From contig JASBSB010000001.1 of assembly GCA_030149205.1 (NCBI GenBank), positions 780,001 to 812,000 on the forward strand: 32,000 nt of DNA. The letters run 5' to 3'. The DNA is from Candidatus Heimdallarchaeota archaeon (GTDB lineage: Archaea; Asgardarchaeota; Heimdallarchaeia; Heimdallarchaeales; Kariarchaeaceae). The position numbers were made by a program, and so were the translations under genes. The notes under the pieces are model-generated. The model made no database searches, had not been told where the DNA came from, and worked only from the letters and a program-made list of their open reading frames with translations. Shown here piece by piece: positions 1 to 10,100 of the stretch. How positions within the stretch are numbered: the first letter of the stretch is position 1; every line of letters begins with the position of its first letter.

Positions 1-1329
1 ATTACGGGACCTGTGAACAGGAAGATGGTTATTAATGCTTTAAATTCTGGAGCAAACGTCTTTATGGCAGATTTTGAAGATTCAAATTCTCCAACATGGG
101 AGAACTGTATCCTAGGACAAATAAACCTTAAAGATGCAGTTCAAGGTCGGTTGGCCTATGATTCACCAGAGGGGAAAAAATATAGGGTCAGGAATGACCC
201 AGCTGTGCTTTTTGTTAGACCTAGAGGTTTGCATCTTTTTGAAGTCCACTTAAAGTACAAAGGTTCACCTATCCCAGCCTCACTGATCGATTTTGGGCTA
301 TACTTTTTTAACAATGCCAAACAGTTGGTTCAGAAAGGAAGTGCTCCATACTTTTATCTCCCTAAATTACAGTCTTATCATGAAGCAAAGCTTTGGGATG
401 ATATTTTCACTTTTGCTGAGCAGTACCTTGGGTTAGAGCATGGAATAACAAAGGCAACTGTTCTGATTGAGCACATCTTGGCATCTTTTCAGATGGATGA
501 GATTCTTTATGCCCTAAAGGATCATTCACTTGGATTGAATTGTGGTCGCTGGGATTATATCTTTAGTTTTATCAAAACTTTCGCTGATAATCCAAAGTTC
601 ATTCTCCCTGACAGGAGCAGTATTACCATGGATAAGGGATTTTTGAATGCGTATGTACAACTTCTCATTCAGACCTGCCATAAAAGAGGTACATTTGCAA
701 TGGGTGGAATGGCAGCACAGATCCCAATTAGTTCGAATCATGAGGCTAGCATGACAGCTCTTGATAAGGTTTACAAAGATAAGTTGAGAGAGGTTAAAGC
801 AGGTCATGATGGAACCTGGATTGCACATCCAGGTCTCTTGGAGGTTGCAAGAAAACCGTTTGATGAATTCATGCCCACTCCAAATCAGATTCATAAGAAA
901 ATCTCTGAAAGGATTATCTCTCAGACTGATCTACTAGAGGTTCCAGAAGGAAGTATCACAGAGGAGGGAGTGCGCTTAAATATCAATGTAGGACTGCAAT
1001 ACCTTACCAACTGGTTGGCAGGGAATGGGTGTGTTGCGATTAACCACCTGATGGAGGATGCAGCCACAGCTGAAATTAGCAGGTCACAACTTTGGCAATG
1101 GCTTCATAATTCAGTGACACTGGATGACGGTAAGGAGTTTAACAAAAACCTGTTTAATCAGTGGCTAGAGGAGGAGAGAAATAAACTCTCTGCAGGATCG
1201 CTTGTATCTTTAGAAAAAGAGCTATCACTGGCAGAGCAACTATTCAGAGAATTAACAGAACAGGAGACAATCGAGGAATTTTTGACAGTTCCCGCCTATT
1301 CTCTACTCTTAGGAGATGAATTAACATGA
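1..1329 (+). CDS. aceB: Malate synthase A (5'-truncated by window edge)
   Basis: Frame is open from base 1 ([28 protein letters not shown]). Contains [37 protein letters not shown] and [18 protein letters not shown], all hallmark malate synthase A motifs. Confidence 0.97.
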   Translation: MTGPVNRKMVINALNSGANVFMADFEDSNSPTWENCILGQINLKDAVQGRLAYDSPEGKKYRVRNDPAVLFVRPRGLHLFEVHLKYKGSPIPASLIDFGLYFFNNAKQLVQKGSAPYFYLPKLQSYHEAKLWDDIFTFAEQYLGLEHGITKATVLIEHILASFQMDEILYALKDHSLGLNCGRWDYIFSFIKTFADNPKFILPDRSSITMDKGFLNAYVQLLIQTCHKRGTFAMGGMAAQIPISSNHEASMTALDKVYKDKLREVKAGHDGTWIAHPGLLEVARKPFDEFMPTPNQIHKKISERIISQTDLLEVPEGSITEEGVRLNINVGLQYLTNWLAGNGCVAINHLMEDAATAEISRSQLWQWLHNSVTLDDGKEFNKNLFNQWLEEERNKLSAGSLVSLEKELSLAEQLFRELTEQETIEEFLTVPAYSLLLGDELT

Positions 1330-2615
1330 AAATCGAAGAGTCAAAAGAAGAATTTACACAGAGATTATCTGAGGAATGGAGAACCAATCCCAGATGGAAG
1401 CAGATCGAACGCAGATATACAGCACATGATGTATGGAAATTAAGAGGAACGTTCCATGAGAAACAGAGTCTGGCGGAATATGGGGCAAACAAGCTCTGGA
1501 AATTGCTCCATGATAGACCTTTGGTCAGAACTTTAGGGGCCCTTACGGGTAATCAAGCTGTGCAAATGGTTGAAGCAGGATTGGAAGCAATCTATGTGAG
1601 TGGATGGCAGGTTGCAGCAGATATGAACGAAGCAGGTGAAATGTACCCAGATCAAAGCTTATATCCAGCAGATAGTGCACCAAAGCTAGTCAAGAGAATA
1701 AATAATGCCTTTCAAAGAACTGATCAAATAATGCATCTTGCTGGTGAAAGTACAAGAGACTGGTTTGCACCAATTGTCGCAGATGGTGAGGCTGGATTTG
1801 GGGGGGTGTTAAATGTCTATGAATTTATGAAAGCCATGATCAGAGCCGGGGCAGCTGGGGTACATTTTGAAGACCAACTTTCAGCCTATAAAAAATGTGG
1901 ACACCTTGGTGGCAAGGTTCTTGTCAGCACTCAGTCATTTATAGATACACTTGTCGCTGCACGACTGTCAGCAGACGTGCAATCAGTTCCAACTATACTC
2001 ATTGCTAGAACTGATGCCAACAGCGCAACATTACTTCTGAATGATATAGACGAAAGAGATCATGAGTTTATTTCTGGTCAGAGAAGCCATGAGGGGTTTT
2101 ATTATTACAATGGTGGGTTAGATGCAAGTATTGCAAGAGGATTGGCATTTGCACCTTATGCAGACCTTCTTTGGTTTGAGACTTCGACCCCAGATTTAGA
2201 CGAGGCAAAGAGGTTCGCCAAAGAAATACATCAAAAATATCCAGAGAAACTGCTTGCTTACAACTGTTCACCTTCATTTAACTGGTCAAAAGCTATGACA
2301 CCTGAGGAAGGTGAATTATTTCAGGAAGAACTTGGCAAGCTTGGATTCAAGTTTCAGTTTATTACACTTGCAGGGTTCCATCAGAACAACTACTCAATTT
2401 ACAATCTTGCCAAAGAGTATAAAACCAAAGGAATGGGTGCCTACATGGTACTTCAAAACAAAGAGTTTGATGCACAGGAAGAGGGTTATCGTGCGGTGAA
2501 ACATCAAACCTTTGTGGGTACTTCGTACTTTGACGAGGTTTCTTCTGTTGTAACAGATGGAAACAGCAGTACAACAGCACTTCATCAATCAACAGAATCT
2601 GAGCAATTCCATTGA
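1326..2615 (+). CDS. aceA: Isocitrate lyase (short bacterial type)
   Basis: Catalytic KKCGHLGGK motif, [45 protein letters not shown] overlap with the aceB stop; AGGAG RBS upstream. Confidence 0.98.
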   Translation: MKIEESKEEFTQRLSEEWRTNPRWKQIERRYTAHDVWKLRGTFHEKQSLAEYGANKLWKLLHDRPLVRTLGALTGNQAVQMVEAGLEAIYVSGWQVAADMNEAGEMYPDQSLYPADSAPKLVKRINNAFQRTDQIMHLAGESTRDWFAPIVADGEAGFGGVLNVYEFMKAMIRAGAAGVHFEDQLSAYKKCGHLGGKVLVSTQSFIDTLVAARLSADVQSVPTILIARTDANSATLLLNDIDERDHEFISGQRSHEGFYYYNGGLDASIARGLAFAPYADLLWFETSTPDLDEAKRFAKEIHQKYPEKLLAYNCSPSFNWSKAMTPEEGELFQEELGKLGFKFQFITLAGFHQNNYSIYNLAKEYKTKGMGAYMVLQNKEFDAQEEGYRAVKHQTFVGTSYFDEVSSVVTDGNSSTTALHQSTESEQFH

Positions 2616-2760
2616 TACTAATCATAATTCATATTCTATAAAGACATTTTGAGTTAACAACATAAACTGAGAATTTAATTGTACTTTATTTGAGATAGTT
2701 AGTACTTCATATTGAAAACCAATCTTAAACAATTAGTACTTATAATCAATTAATCGCTAT

Positions 2761-2898
2761 ATGAACTGTCCTCGATGTAGGAAGTTATCAAACATTCAGG
2801 TAAAGATGAAGGATCAAAAAAGAAAAGGGGGTTATCACAAGAAAACTAAATTTATCTGCCCCTTGTGTGGATTGGTGAGAATGAAGGAGAACAGATAG
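2761..2898 (+). CDS. 45-aa basic zinc-ribbon micro-protein (CPRC...CPLCG), not in ORF track
   Basis: Manual translation MNCPRCRKLSNIQVKMKDQKRKGGYHKKTKFICPLCGLVRMKENR*. Two CxxC knuckles, the second of CPxCG type; occupies an otherwise empty gap. Confidence 0.7.
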   Translation: MNCPRCRKLSNIQVKMKDQKRKGGYHKKTKFICPLCGLVRMKENR

Positions 2899-3005
2899 GA
2901 AATTCAGGGATTGGGGTTTTAATTTTAATCTTAATTCATAATCAACAAGAAGACAACTTAAATTTGAGAAGAAATACTTTTATGTGATGTTATTAAATTA
3001 GAATA

Positions 3006-3395
3006 ATGACTAAGGGAACTTTAAGTTTGTTTGAGATACAGGCATCAGAACCTCAAAAATTGGTTGAATTTTATTCTAAGCTCTTTGGATGGACCTTCAA
3101 CCTTGAAATGAAGGAACCAGTTGAATACTGGGGAATAAAAACACCAGGGATCAACGGTGGCCTAGTAACAAGACCAGCAAAAACTCCTGATCATGAACAG
3201 GGCACAAATGCTTTCACATGCTCATTTGAGGTTGATAATTATGATCAAGCGGAGAAATTAATCCTCTCAATGGGAGGGATAGTAGCAATGGATAAATTCG
3301 CAATTCCAGGAAAACGTTGGCAGGGGTATTATGTTGATCCAGATCATAATACGTTTGGAATATTTGAGGTGGATGAGAAAGCAGGACTTCAATAA
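3006..3395 (+). CDS. VOC (glyoxalase/bleomycin resistance) family protein
   Basis: FEIQASEPQKLVEFYSKLFGW, GINGG, AIPGKRWQGYYVDPDHNTFGI pattern of a two-repeat VOC fold. Confidence 0.9.
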   Translation: MTKGTLSLFEIQASEPQKLVEFYSKLFGWTFNLEMKEPVEYWGIKTPGINGGLVTRPAKTPDHEQGTNAFTCSFEVDNYDQAEKLILSMGGIVAMDKFAIPGKRWQGYYVDPDHNTFGIFEVDEKAGLQ

Positions 3396-3535
3396 GGTTA
3401 AACTTTGTTTCAACTGTCTTTTACATCTATCCCCCTATTTAACCAACTGTTTGTTAAATAAATTTCAAATGTGAACCCATCACTTTCGATTGGTATTCTA
3501 AGAACTTTTATTATCTAAGGATTATTGTTTTGCAT

Positions 3536-4174
3536 ATGGAGATCATTCCATACAGGAAGGAATACGAGACCTCAGTTGTTAACATCTGTTTTGAAACTGG
3601 ATATTTTGGTGAAGATCTGAGTAGAACTAAAATTTTTCCAGATCAAAAGCTATTTGGGTTGTTGTTTTGTCTATATTATCTGAATTATGAACCTGAGAAT
3701 GCATTTGTCTGTTTGCTCGATGGGGAGGTTGTTGGTTACATAATTGGGACAACAGATACAGAAAGACAGGAAAAGTTATTCTCAAGATATATGGTTCCGC
3801 GTATCATCCTTCGCCTGATAACTGTAACTCTGTGGAGACACAGAAAATCAGTTGGGAGGATATTTTTCATGTATAAACAATTCCGGAAGCTTCCAGATGT
3901 CCAATGGGTGAATAATATGTATCCTTCACATTTTCACATCAACCTTAGCTCTAAAGTCCAAAGGAGGGGTATTGGTTCCGCACTGTTAAAAAGGTTTGAA
4001 AAACATCTTCTAAGCAGTAATTCAAAAGGTGTACATCTTAAAACATCTGAATTGAACAAAAAGGCATTACAGTTTTATGAAAAACATCACTATGAGGTAC
4101 TTCTGAAGTACAAAGGAACTGTTTGGGATGAGGATACTTTAACATATGTTCTGGGAAAACAATTGATTGAGTAA
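3536..4174 (+). CDS. GNAT family N-acetyltransferase
   Basis: VVGYIIG strand, HFHINL, acetyl-CoA motif A QRRGIGSALL, NKKALQFYEKHHY motif B. ATG at 3536 preferred over TTG at 3530. Confidence 0.88.
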   Translation: MEIIPYRKEYETSVVNICFETGYFGEDLSRTKIFPDQKLFGLLFCLYYLNYEPENAFVCLLDGEVVGYIIGTTDTERQEKLFSRYMVPRIILRLITVTLWRHRKSVGRIFFMYKQFRKLPDVQWVNNMYPSHFHINLSSKVQRRGIGSALLKRFEKHLLSSNSKGVHLKTSELNKKALQFYEKHHYEVLLKYKGTVWDEDTLTYVLGKQLIE

Positions 4175-4184
4175 TCTTTGTGAG

Positions 4185-5426
4185 TTATACCAACTGCAAA
4201 ATTTTCCATCTTGTCCAATTCACAGTGATATGCTCAATTTTATTGACTGTCTGAATAAACAGATGAGATGCGTTAGGGAAGAAATCTAATGGAATGCTCA
4301 CTTCAATTGATCTATTTTTAAGATCATGATGATGAACAATTTTATCGCTGATAACAAGCTTGGATTGATCATAGAGTCTTACATGTGATTTTGTTATTTT
4401 CAAACACCATTTCGGGAGTCTGGAAAATTTAACTTGTTGCTGAAATGGAAATAGGTAAAGGAATATGGTGGCTCTTTTCTCTAATACTTTGGTATATCTG
4501 ATTATTTGGTCAAGGTTGCCATCTTCAATCTTAATATTATGTGATATTGGATGCTCAGATTCAACCTCACCATTTACACCCTCAAATCCGGTTTTCGCCT
4601 CTGTTAGTGAAATCATAGGGATGCTTGAGAACAATTCATTGGTTCGAATAAATGATTCAAGCATTGTTGGATTCGCTTTGTACTGGGTTTCGTGTTTTTT
4701 AATTGAATTATATTTTTGTCCTTTGCCTTTCTCTGTTAAAGGAGATGTAGTCCAGACGAGCTCTGGGTCAATAGGAAGAGGTGGCTCGAGTGGTGAATCT
4801 GGGTGATAGCCCTGAGGGTCTGGCCAGTGTGTATAGTGAACTAGATAACTCAAAAGTGGTATAGAGGAACCCAGTGTCATCAGTGCCGACCTCACATAAA
4901 GATGTAATGCTTGATGATCTGGATGATGATCATAGAGATGGGAAACAAAAACTTTTGTTGGGTTAAAATTCTCAATGATCTCTGAGATGTCTCTCATAAT
5001 TTCTTCACCTTTGTACTTTGCACCAGGTCTCTTCGCATCAGAATAAGGAACTTTGTTCGCTCTTGTGAACAAGCCCTTAGCTGCCTGTTCAACACCCCAA
5101 TGTTTTCTCCAAATATCCATCGTCCCGAAATCTGGGTATCCCAAAAATAAAAGGTTAGATTTATCCAATCCTAAATTTTCCTCTCCTGCAATTGCTTCTG
5201 CATGTCTTCTTTCACCCATCTCTTTCACTTCATGTGGAATGACAACTGGGAGATCCCATTTGTTAAATTTGATGAAGGATAGCTCATTACCATCTCCGTA
5301 TGTTAAATAAACCACCTTAACTGGAACTTTTCGTTCTATGCAATCATGAATTATTACCCCACACCCCAAAATATCATCGTCGGGATGAGGTGCAAAAATT
5401 AGCACCCGATCATCATTTTCTATCAC
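4185..5426 (-). CDS. PIG-L/LmbE family Zn-dependent deacetylase with C-terminal extension
   Basis: APHPDDDILG, LTYGD, FLGYPDFG, DHHPDH and HETQ motifs. Confidence 0.88.
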   Translation of the reverse strand: MIENDDRVLIFAPHPDDDILGCGVIIHDCIERKVPVKVVYLTYGDGNELSFIKFNKWDLPVVIPHEVKEMGERRHAEAIAGEENLGLDKSNLLFLGYPDFGTMDIWRKHWGVEQAAKGLFTRANKVPYSDAKRPGAKYKGEEIMRDISEIIENFNPTKVFVSHLYDHHPDHQALHLYVRSALMTLGSSIPLLSYLVHYTHWPDPQGYHPDSPLEPPLPIDPELVWTTSPLTEKGKGQKYNSIKKHETQYKANPTMLESFIRTNELFSSIPMISLTEAKTGFEGVNGEVESEHPISHNIKIEDGNLDQIIRYTKVLEKRATIFLYLFPFQQQVKFSRLPKWCLKITKSHVRLYDQSKLVISDKIVHHHDLKNRSIEVSIPLDFFPNASHLFIQTVNKIEHITVNWTRWKILQLV

Positions 5427-5607
5427 GGGAATCCCTAACTGATGTACTCTTATTATTCTTATTGTGAAGGAGGTAATTCAAAGTCGAATATAAATTATTT
5501 AGGTTGCAAAATTGATCAGGTATATTTCCACGATAATTTTTTCAAATAACAATTAAAATAGTGCCTCAGAAACAAACCCATAAAAAACGTTTCCAACTGA
5601 ATTTTAC

Positions 5608-7014
5608 GTGCATCGAGAATATGTACCGATCAAAGTTATTGTTCCAATCACGTCAATAGGGGTTTTTATGAGTGCAATGGATGGGAGTATTGTCAATGTA
5701 TCATTAGACACCATCTCAAAAGCCCTTAACACAGACATCAATGGTGTCAGTTGGGTGGTTATTGCTTATTTATTGGCGATAAGCTCAATGATAGGATTTG
5801 CAGGGAATTTAGGTGATGCCTATGGTCGAAAAAAAGTGTTTCAATGGGGAATGATTATTTTTTCGACAGGATCACTCCTTTGTGGCTTGTCATCTACGTT
5901 AGAGGCATTAATACTCTTTCGGGTGGTTCAAGCAATGGGAGCTGCTGCACTTATGGCGAATGGGTTAGCACTTGTTGTAAGTTTCATTGATCCTGCACAT
6001 CGAGGGAGGGCAATCGGTCTGAACTCGATTGTTGTTGCACTATCAGCAGGAATAGGGCCTGTGTTGGGTGGTGTTCTAACCCAGTATAGTGGTTGGGAGA
6101 GTATTTTCTTCGTCAATGTACCTATTGGGTTTATCGGATTTGTATTAGTCCAGATTCGTCTCCCAGAAACCAAGCGTAATCCTGACACGAAACTTGATTT
6201 TGTAGGAATCACTCTGTTTGGGCTAAGCATGCTTGGAATTGTGTATAGTATTACTGTGGTATTTACTGCCGTTTTGCAAGGAATAATAATCTTCTTAGTT
6301 TCCTTGGTTTTGTTTATCCTATTTATATGGTACGAGTCGAAGTTTTCTAATCCCCTCATCTCATTAAATCTGATGAAAGATAGACAGGTGACCATGGGCG
6401 TTATCTCTGCAATACTTGGATTTATCGGGACAAATGCAATGCTCTTTCTAATCCCATTTTATTTGCAACAGGTTCTGTTATATAGTCAATCAATTACTGG
6501 ATTAATCCTTACAGTTTTTCCCGTTTCTCTCTCTTTAATTGGGCTACCATCAGGATTCTTAGCAGAAAAAATTCCTGCAAGAAAACTTGCAACCATAGGA
6601 CTAGGTTTAGAGTTCGTCTTTCTCATGGGCTTCTCAATTTACCTATATGTTGCGCAAGTACAAACTCAGTTGATCGTGGTAGTTCTTTCCATTGGTCTAG
6701 TTGCTGGATCTCTCTCCGTGTTCACCAACTCTAATGGAACATCAGTTATGAACGCCGCCCCTCAAAATGAGATAAGTATTGTTTCGGGTTTGCTCAATCT
6801 TGCAAGAAACATTGGATTCACTTTAGGAACCACGATCTCCTCCTCACTCTTCAGTTTTCTTTTAATCCAAAATCAATCAAACTTAGGTTATGTTGATAGT
6901 TATTACATTGCGTTAGCCTTTACCTTTGGAACATTAAGCATTTTGATTCTGTTTGGCGTTGTCCTTTCACTCCTTCGTGGGCATGAAAAAATAATTGTTT
7001 ACGATGAACTTTAG
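5608..7014 (+). CDS. MFS DHA2 (EmrB/QacA-like) efflux transporter
   Basis: MDGSIVNVSL, GNLGDAYGRKK (motif A), FRVVQAMGAA, GPVLGGVL, W..IFFVNVPIG; about 14 hydrophobic segments. Confidence 0.93.
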   Translation: MHREYVPIKVIVPITSIGVFMSAMDGSIVNVSLDTISKALNTDINGVSWVVIAYLLAISSMIGFAGNLGDAYGRKKVFQWGMIIFSTGSLLCGLSSTLEALILFRVVQAMGAAALMANGLALVVSFIDPAHRGRAIGLNSIVVALSAGIGPVLGGVLTQYSGWESIFFVNVPIGFIGFVLVQIRLPETKRNPDTKLDFVGITLFGLSMLGIVYSITVVFTAVLQGIIIFLVSLVLFILFIWYESKFSNPLISLNLMKDRQVTMGVISAILGFIGTNAMLFLIPFYLQQVLLYSQSITGLILTVFPVSLSLIGLPSGFLAEKIPARKLATIGLGLEFVFLMGFSIYLYVAQVQTQLIVVVLSIGLVAGSLSVFTNSNGTSVMNAAPQNEISIVSGLLNLARNIGFTLGTTISSSLFSFLLIQNQSNLGYVDSYYIALAFTFGTLSILILFGVVLSLLRGHEKIIVYDEL

Positions 7015-7140
7015 AATAAGAGAATAGGTAGGGTGATGATCCACTTTTCCCTTCAAACATCAAAAGCTTTAGCGCCTCAGATTTTATAGTTTACAGGTTG
7101 AATTTCAGATTCTTATTTGTTCTCATGAACTGTGTAAGAG

Positions 7141-7148
7141 TTATATAA
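7141..7148 (+). promoter_or_regulatory. Candidate archaeal TATA box for the large nuclease gene
   Basis: TTATATAA about 35-40 nt upstream of the TTG at 7183. Confidence 0.4.
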
Positions 7149-7182
7149 GCTTTGTTTCAGACTCATTCAGGTAGATTTCACT

Positions 7183-10100
7183 TTGAAACCTATAAGTTAT
7201 GTATTAATAGCTACACTATTGATTGGTTCAGTCTCTGGTGTAATTGTAGTTCATTTAGGATTATCAAATCCTCAATCAACTGACCTTATCATATCAGAGG
7301 TGCTTTATGACACTCCTGCTTGTGATTCAACATGTGAATGGGTTGAACTTTACAATCCAACCACATCAGCGATAGATATAACTGGGTGGACACTCTGGGA
7401 TAACTCCAAGTCAAATTTGCTTCCAAGTGTAGTCATTCCCTCAGGCGGTTATTTTGTATTTGCAAGAAGTAATACTGGATTTCAGTCTTTGTATAACAAA
7501 CTTCCAGATTCTGGAGCTATGACCCTAGCATTAGGAAACTCAGGAGATGTACTGAGACTTAAAAATTCCGCTGGAACAGAGGTTGACATGGTTGCTTGGG
7601 AAAATTACATCACTGGATGGAGTGTTTCTGCTGTGGACTCAACTATCTATAGACCTACCACAACAGACACTGACTCAGTTTCAGATTGGGCGGATTCTAA
7701 AAGCTTGGGAACTCCTGGATCAGGTTATTCTAGTCCCACGGATACTATATCCCCAAATGTCACGATTTCTTCACCGATTGATGGGACAACTGTTTCTGGT
7801 TCCGTTCTATTCTCATGTTCTGCAACTGATAATTCAGGAGTTATAAGTAGCTATTCATTGAAAATCGATGGGATTATTAAATCATCTTCCAACAATTATA
7901 CCTGGGATACTACGGCTGATAGTGATGGTTCCCATACTCTTAGATGTGAAGCAATGGATACAAGCTCAAATACAGGTTTCGCTGAAATTGCTGTAAATGT
8001 AAATAATACCTCACCTATAAAAACCTTCAATGTATACTTTACGGATCCACTAGCTGGTGTTCCGAGAATGGAATCACCTTCTCTTCAGAAAGGAAACATT
8101 TCAACTGGAATAGTTGATCTCTTAAATTCTGCGACGGGATCGATAGATGCCGCATTATATCATTTAAGCTGGCAACCTGTAATTGATGCTCTGTTGAATG
8201 CCAACACTAGAGGGGTTACTGTAAGGATAGCAGCAGATGCGTCAAATCTCAATGAATTCACAGTTTTAAGTTCAGCGGGTATCTCAGTCACAGCAGTAAA
8301 CACCTCAAAGATTATGCACAACAAGTTCTTCATTGTTGACTCACAATACGTGTTCACAGGTTCTTGGAACCCCACCGAGACAGGGACATTGTTTAACGCA
8401 AATGATGCTATAAAGATTAAGAGTCCACAGTTAGCAACAGTGTTTCAAGCTGAATTTGATCAACTGTTTGCTAACATATATGGCACAAAGAAGACTGATA
8501 ACAATGCAGAGATTGTGACTGTTGGTTCAACCACAGTAGAAGCCTACTTTGCTCCGAAAGACACTGGTTTAACTCGCCTGATTCAGTTAATTGATGGGGC
8601 AACCACAAGTATATATCTCTCATTATTCTACTTCACAGATAACTCAATCTACGATGCAATTTTGCGGGCAAGGGACAGAGGAGTTTTAGTTCGTGGGGTC
8701 TTTGACTATAGAGGGTGGAGAAATGCCTATAGTGAGGCAGATGATGTTATAGCTTGGGGTGGAGGTGTTGTTGATGCAAATCCTGGTGTGAACCATCATA
8801 AATTTGGAGTCTTTGATGGAAAAATTGTGTGGACTGGGAGCACAAACTGGAGTGCATCAGGTTTTTCAGGAAATGATGAAAACAGTGTTGTGATACATGA
8901 CATAGGTGTGGCTAGTCACTATATTGCACGAGTAAATGATTTTTATACTGATGCTCAAAACTATGATAACTCTTCAAGTCAAGCACCTAGAATTGTGACA
9001 AGACATTACAGTGGTTACCCAGGGTCAAACTTCATTCAATGGCGTCCACATCTGAACGGAAATACACCTAAAAAGTTAGTTGATACCTATGTTTTGTGGA
9101 GGTGGAATCCAACAATTTCTCAATTTGAAGAGCTTCAAGAACTCAACTGGGCAGTTGGTTATTATTCAGATTCTGACATAGTTCTGGATCAGACCTATTA
9201 TTATTGTGTCTCTTCAAGGACAAATGGTTTGGACTCGGGATGTTCTGCGGAATTTGCTCAGGTTCAATATAGTGGTGGTGGGTCTTCACAACCTGTACTT
9301 TCTACTGCCACAGGTCATCTTACAAGTTTCGGGACAGATAAGGTAGCCCCTGTTGTGCAATTCCGATCCCATATCACTGGGCAGACAGTTAACGGCTGGC
9401 AGACAATAGTCTACTCAGGGAATGATACAAGTGCCAGAAGCAGTTGGGAGCTATTAATTGATGGGAGTGTGGTAAGCAGAAACTCACTATTTCTTCTTGA
9501 TACTACCAAACTGGTTGATGGAATGCACACTCTTGAAGCAAGAGTAACTGATGAGTTTGGAAATGTTGGAACTAAAACAATCACACTTAATGTTGACAAC
9601 TCTGCCTATACCCCCATATCCCCTGTGAATTTTGCGTCCATAAAATTTATGACCTACAACATCGAGGCATCGGGAACAAATCCGGGATTTAAAGATGTTT
9701 TAAAGGAAGAGAATGCAGACATAGTGGTTTTGGTAGAAGCTGGTAACTTTGATGATAATGGAAACTTTTCAATCAATTCATTGGTAATGGAATTGAATCA
9801 ATATTTCTCCACCGAATTACCTTACAGCTTTGCACTTACCCAAGGTCAAGGTAGCAAATATACAGGAATTGCAGTGTTAAGCCGTTTCCAGATCTCTAAT
9901 TCCCTGCTGATACCCCTAGTCACATTAGATAATGGCTACAAATTTGATGTGTCACATGATTTTATTGATGTAACACTTTTAGTGGGAACAGGGATATTAC
10001 ATGTTATAGGTTCACATCTAAAAGCCAAATCTGGAGCATCTAATGAGATAAAAAGAGAAAAGGCTCAAGAGGGTATTATTAATTATATGGATACCTTGGG

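Noticed and set aside
526-894. 122-aa antisense ORF
   Set aside because: Shadow of malate synthase; no motifs.
3436-3460. Inverted repeat TATTTAAC-N9-GTTAAATA between the VOC and GNAT genes
   Set aside because: 8-bp AT-rich arms are expected by chance; no second copy found.
4465-5310. Plus-strand ORFs of 113 and 85 aa
   Set aside because: Antisense shadows of the PIG-L gene.
5928-6395. 155-aa minus-strand ORF
   Set aside because: Antisense shadow of the MFS gene.
7282-7722. Lamin-tail domains as a eukaryotic signature (lamin homologue)
   Set aside because: LTDs are widespread in secreted prokaryotic hydrolases; no coiled-coil rod is present.
8020-8952. PLD domain as cardiolipin synthase or as a Zorya/DISARM-type defence nuclease
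   Set aside because: Signal peptide and Ig/FN3/LTD context indicate export; no helicase, methylase or other defence genes nearby.
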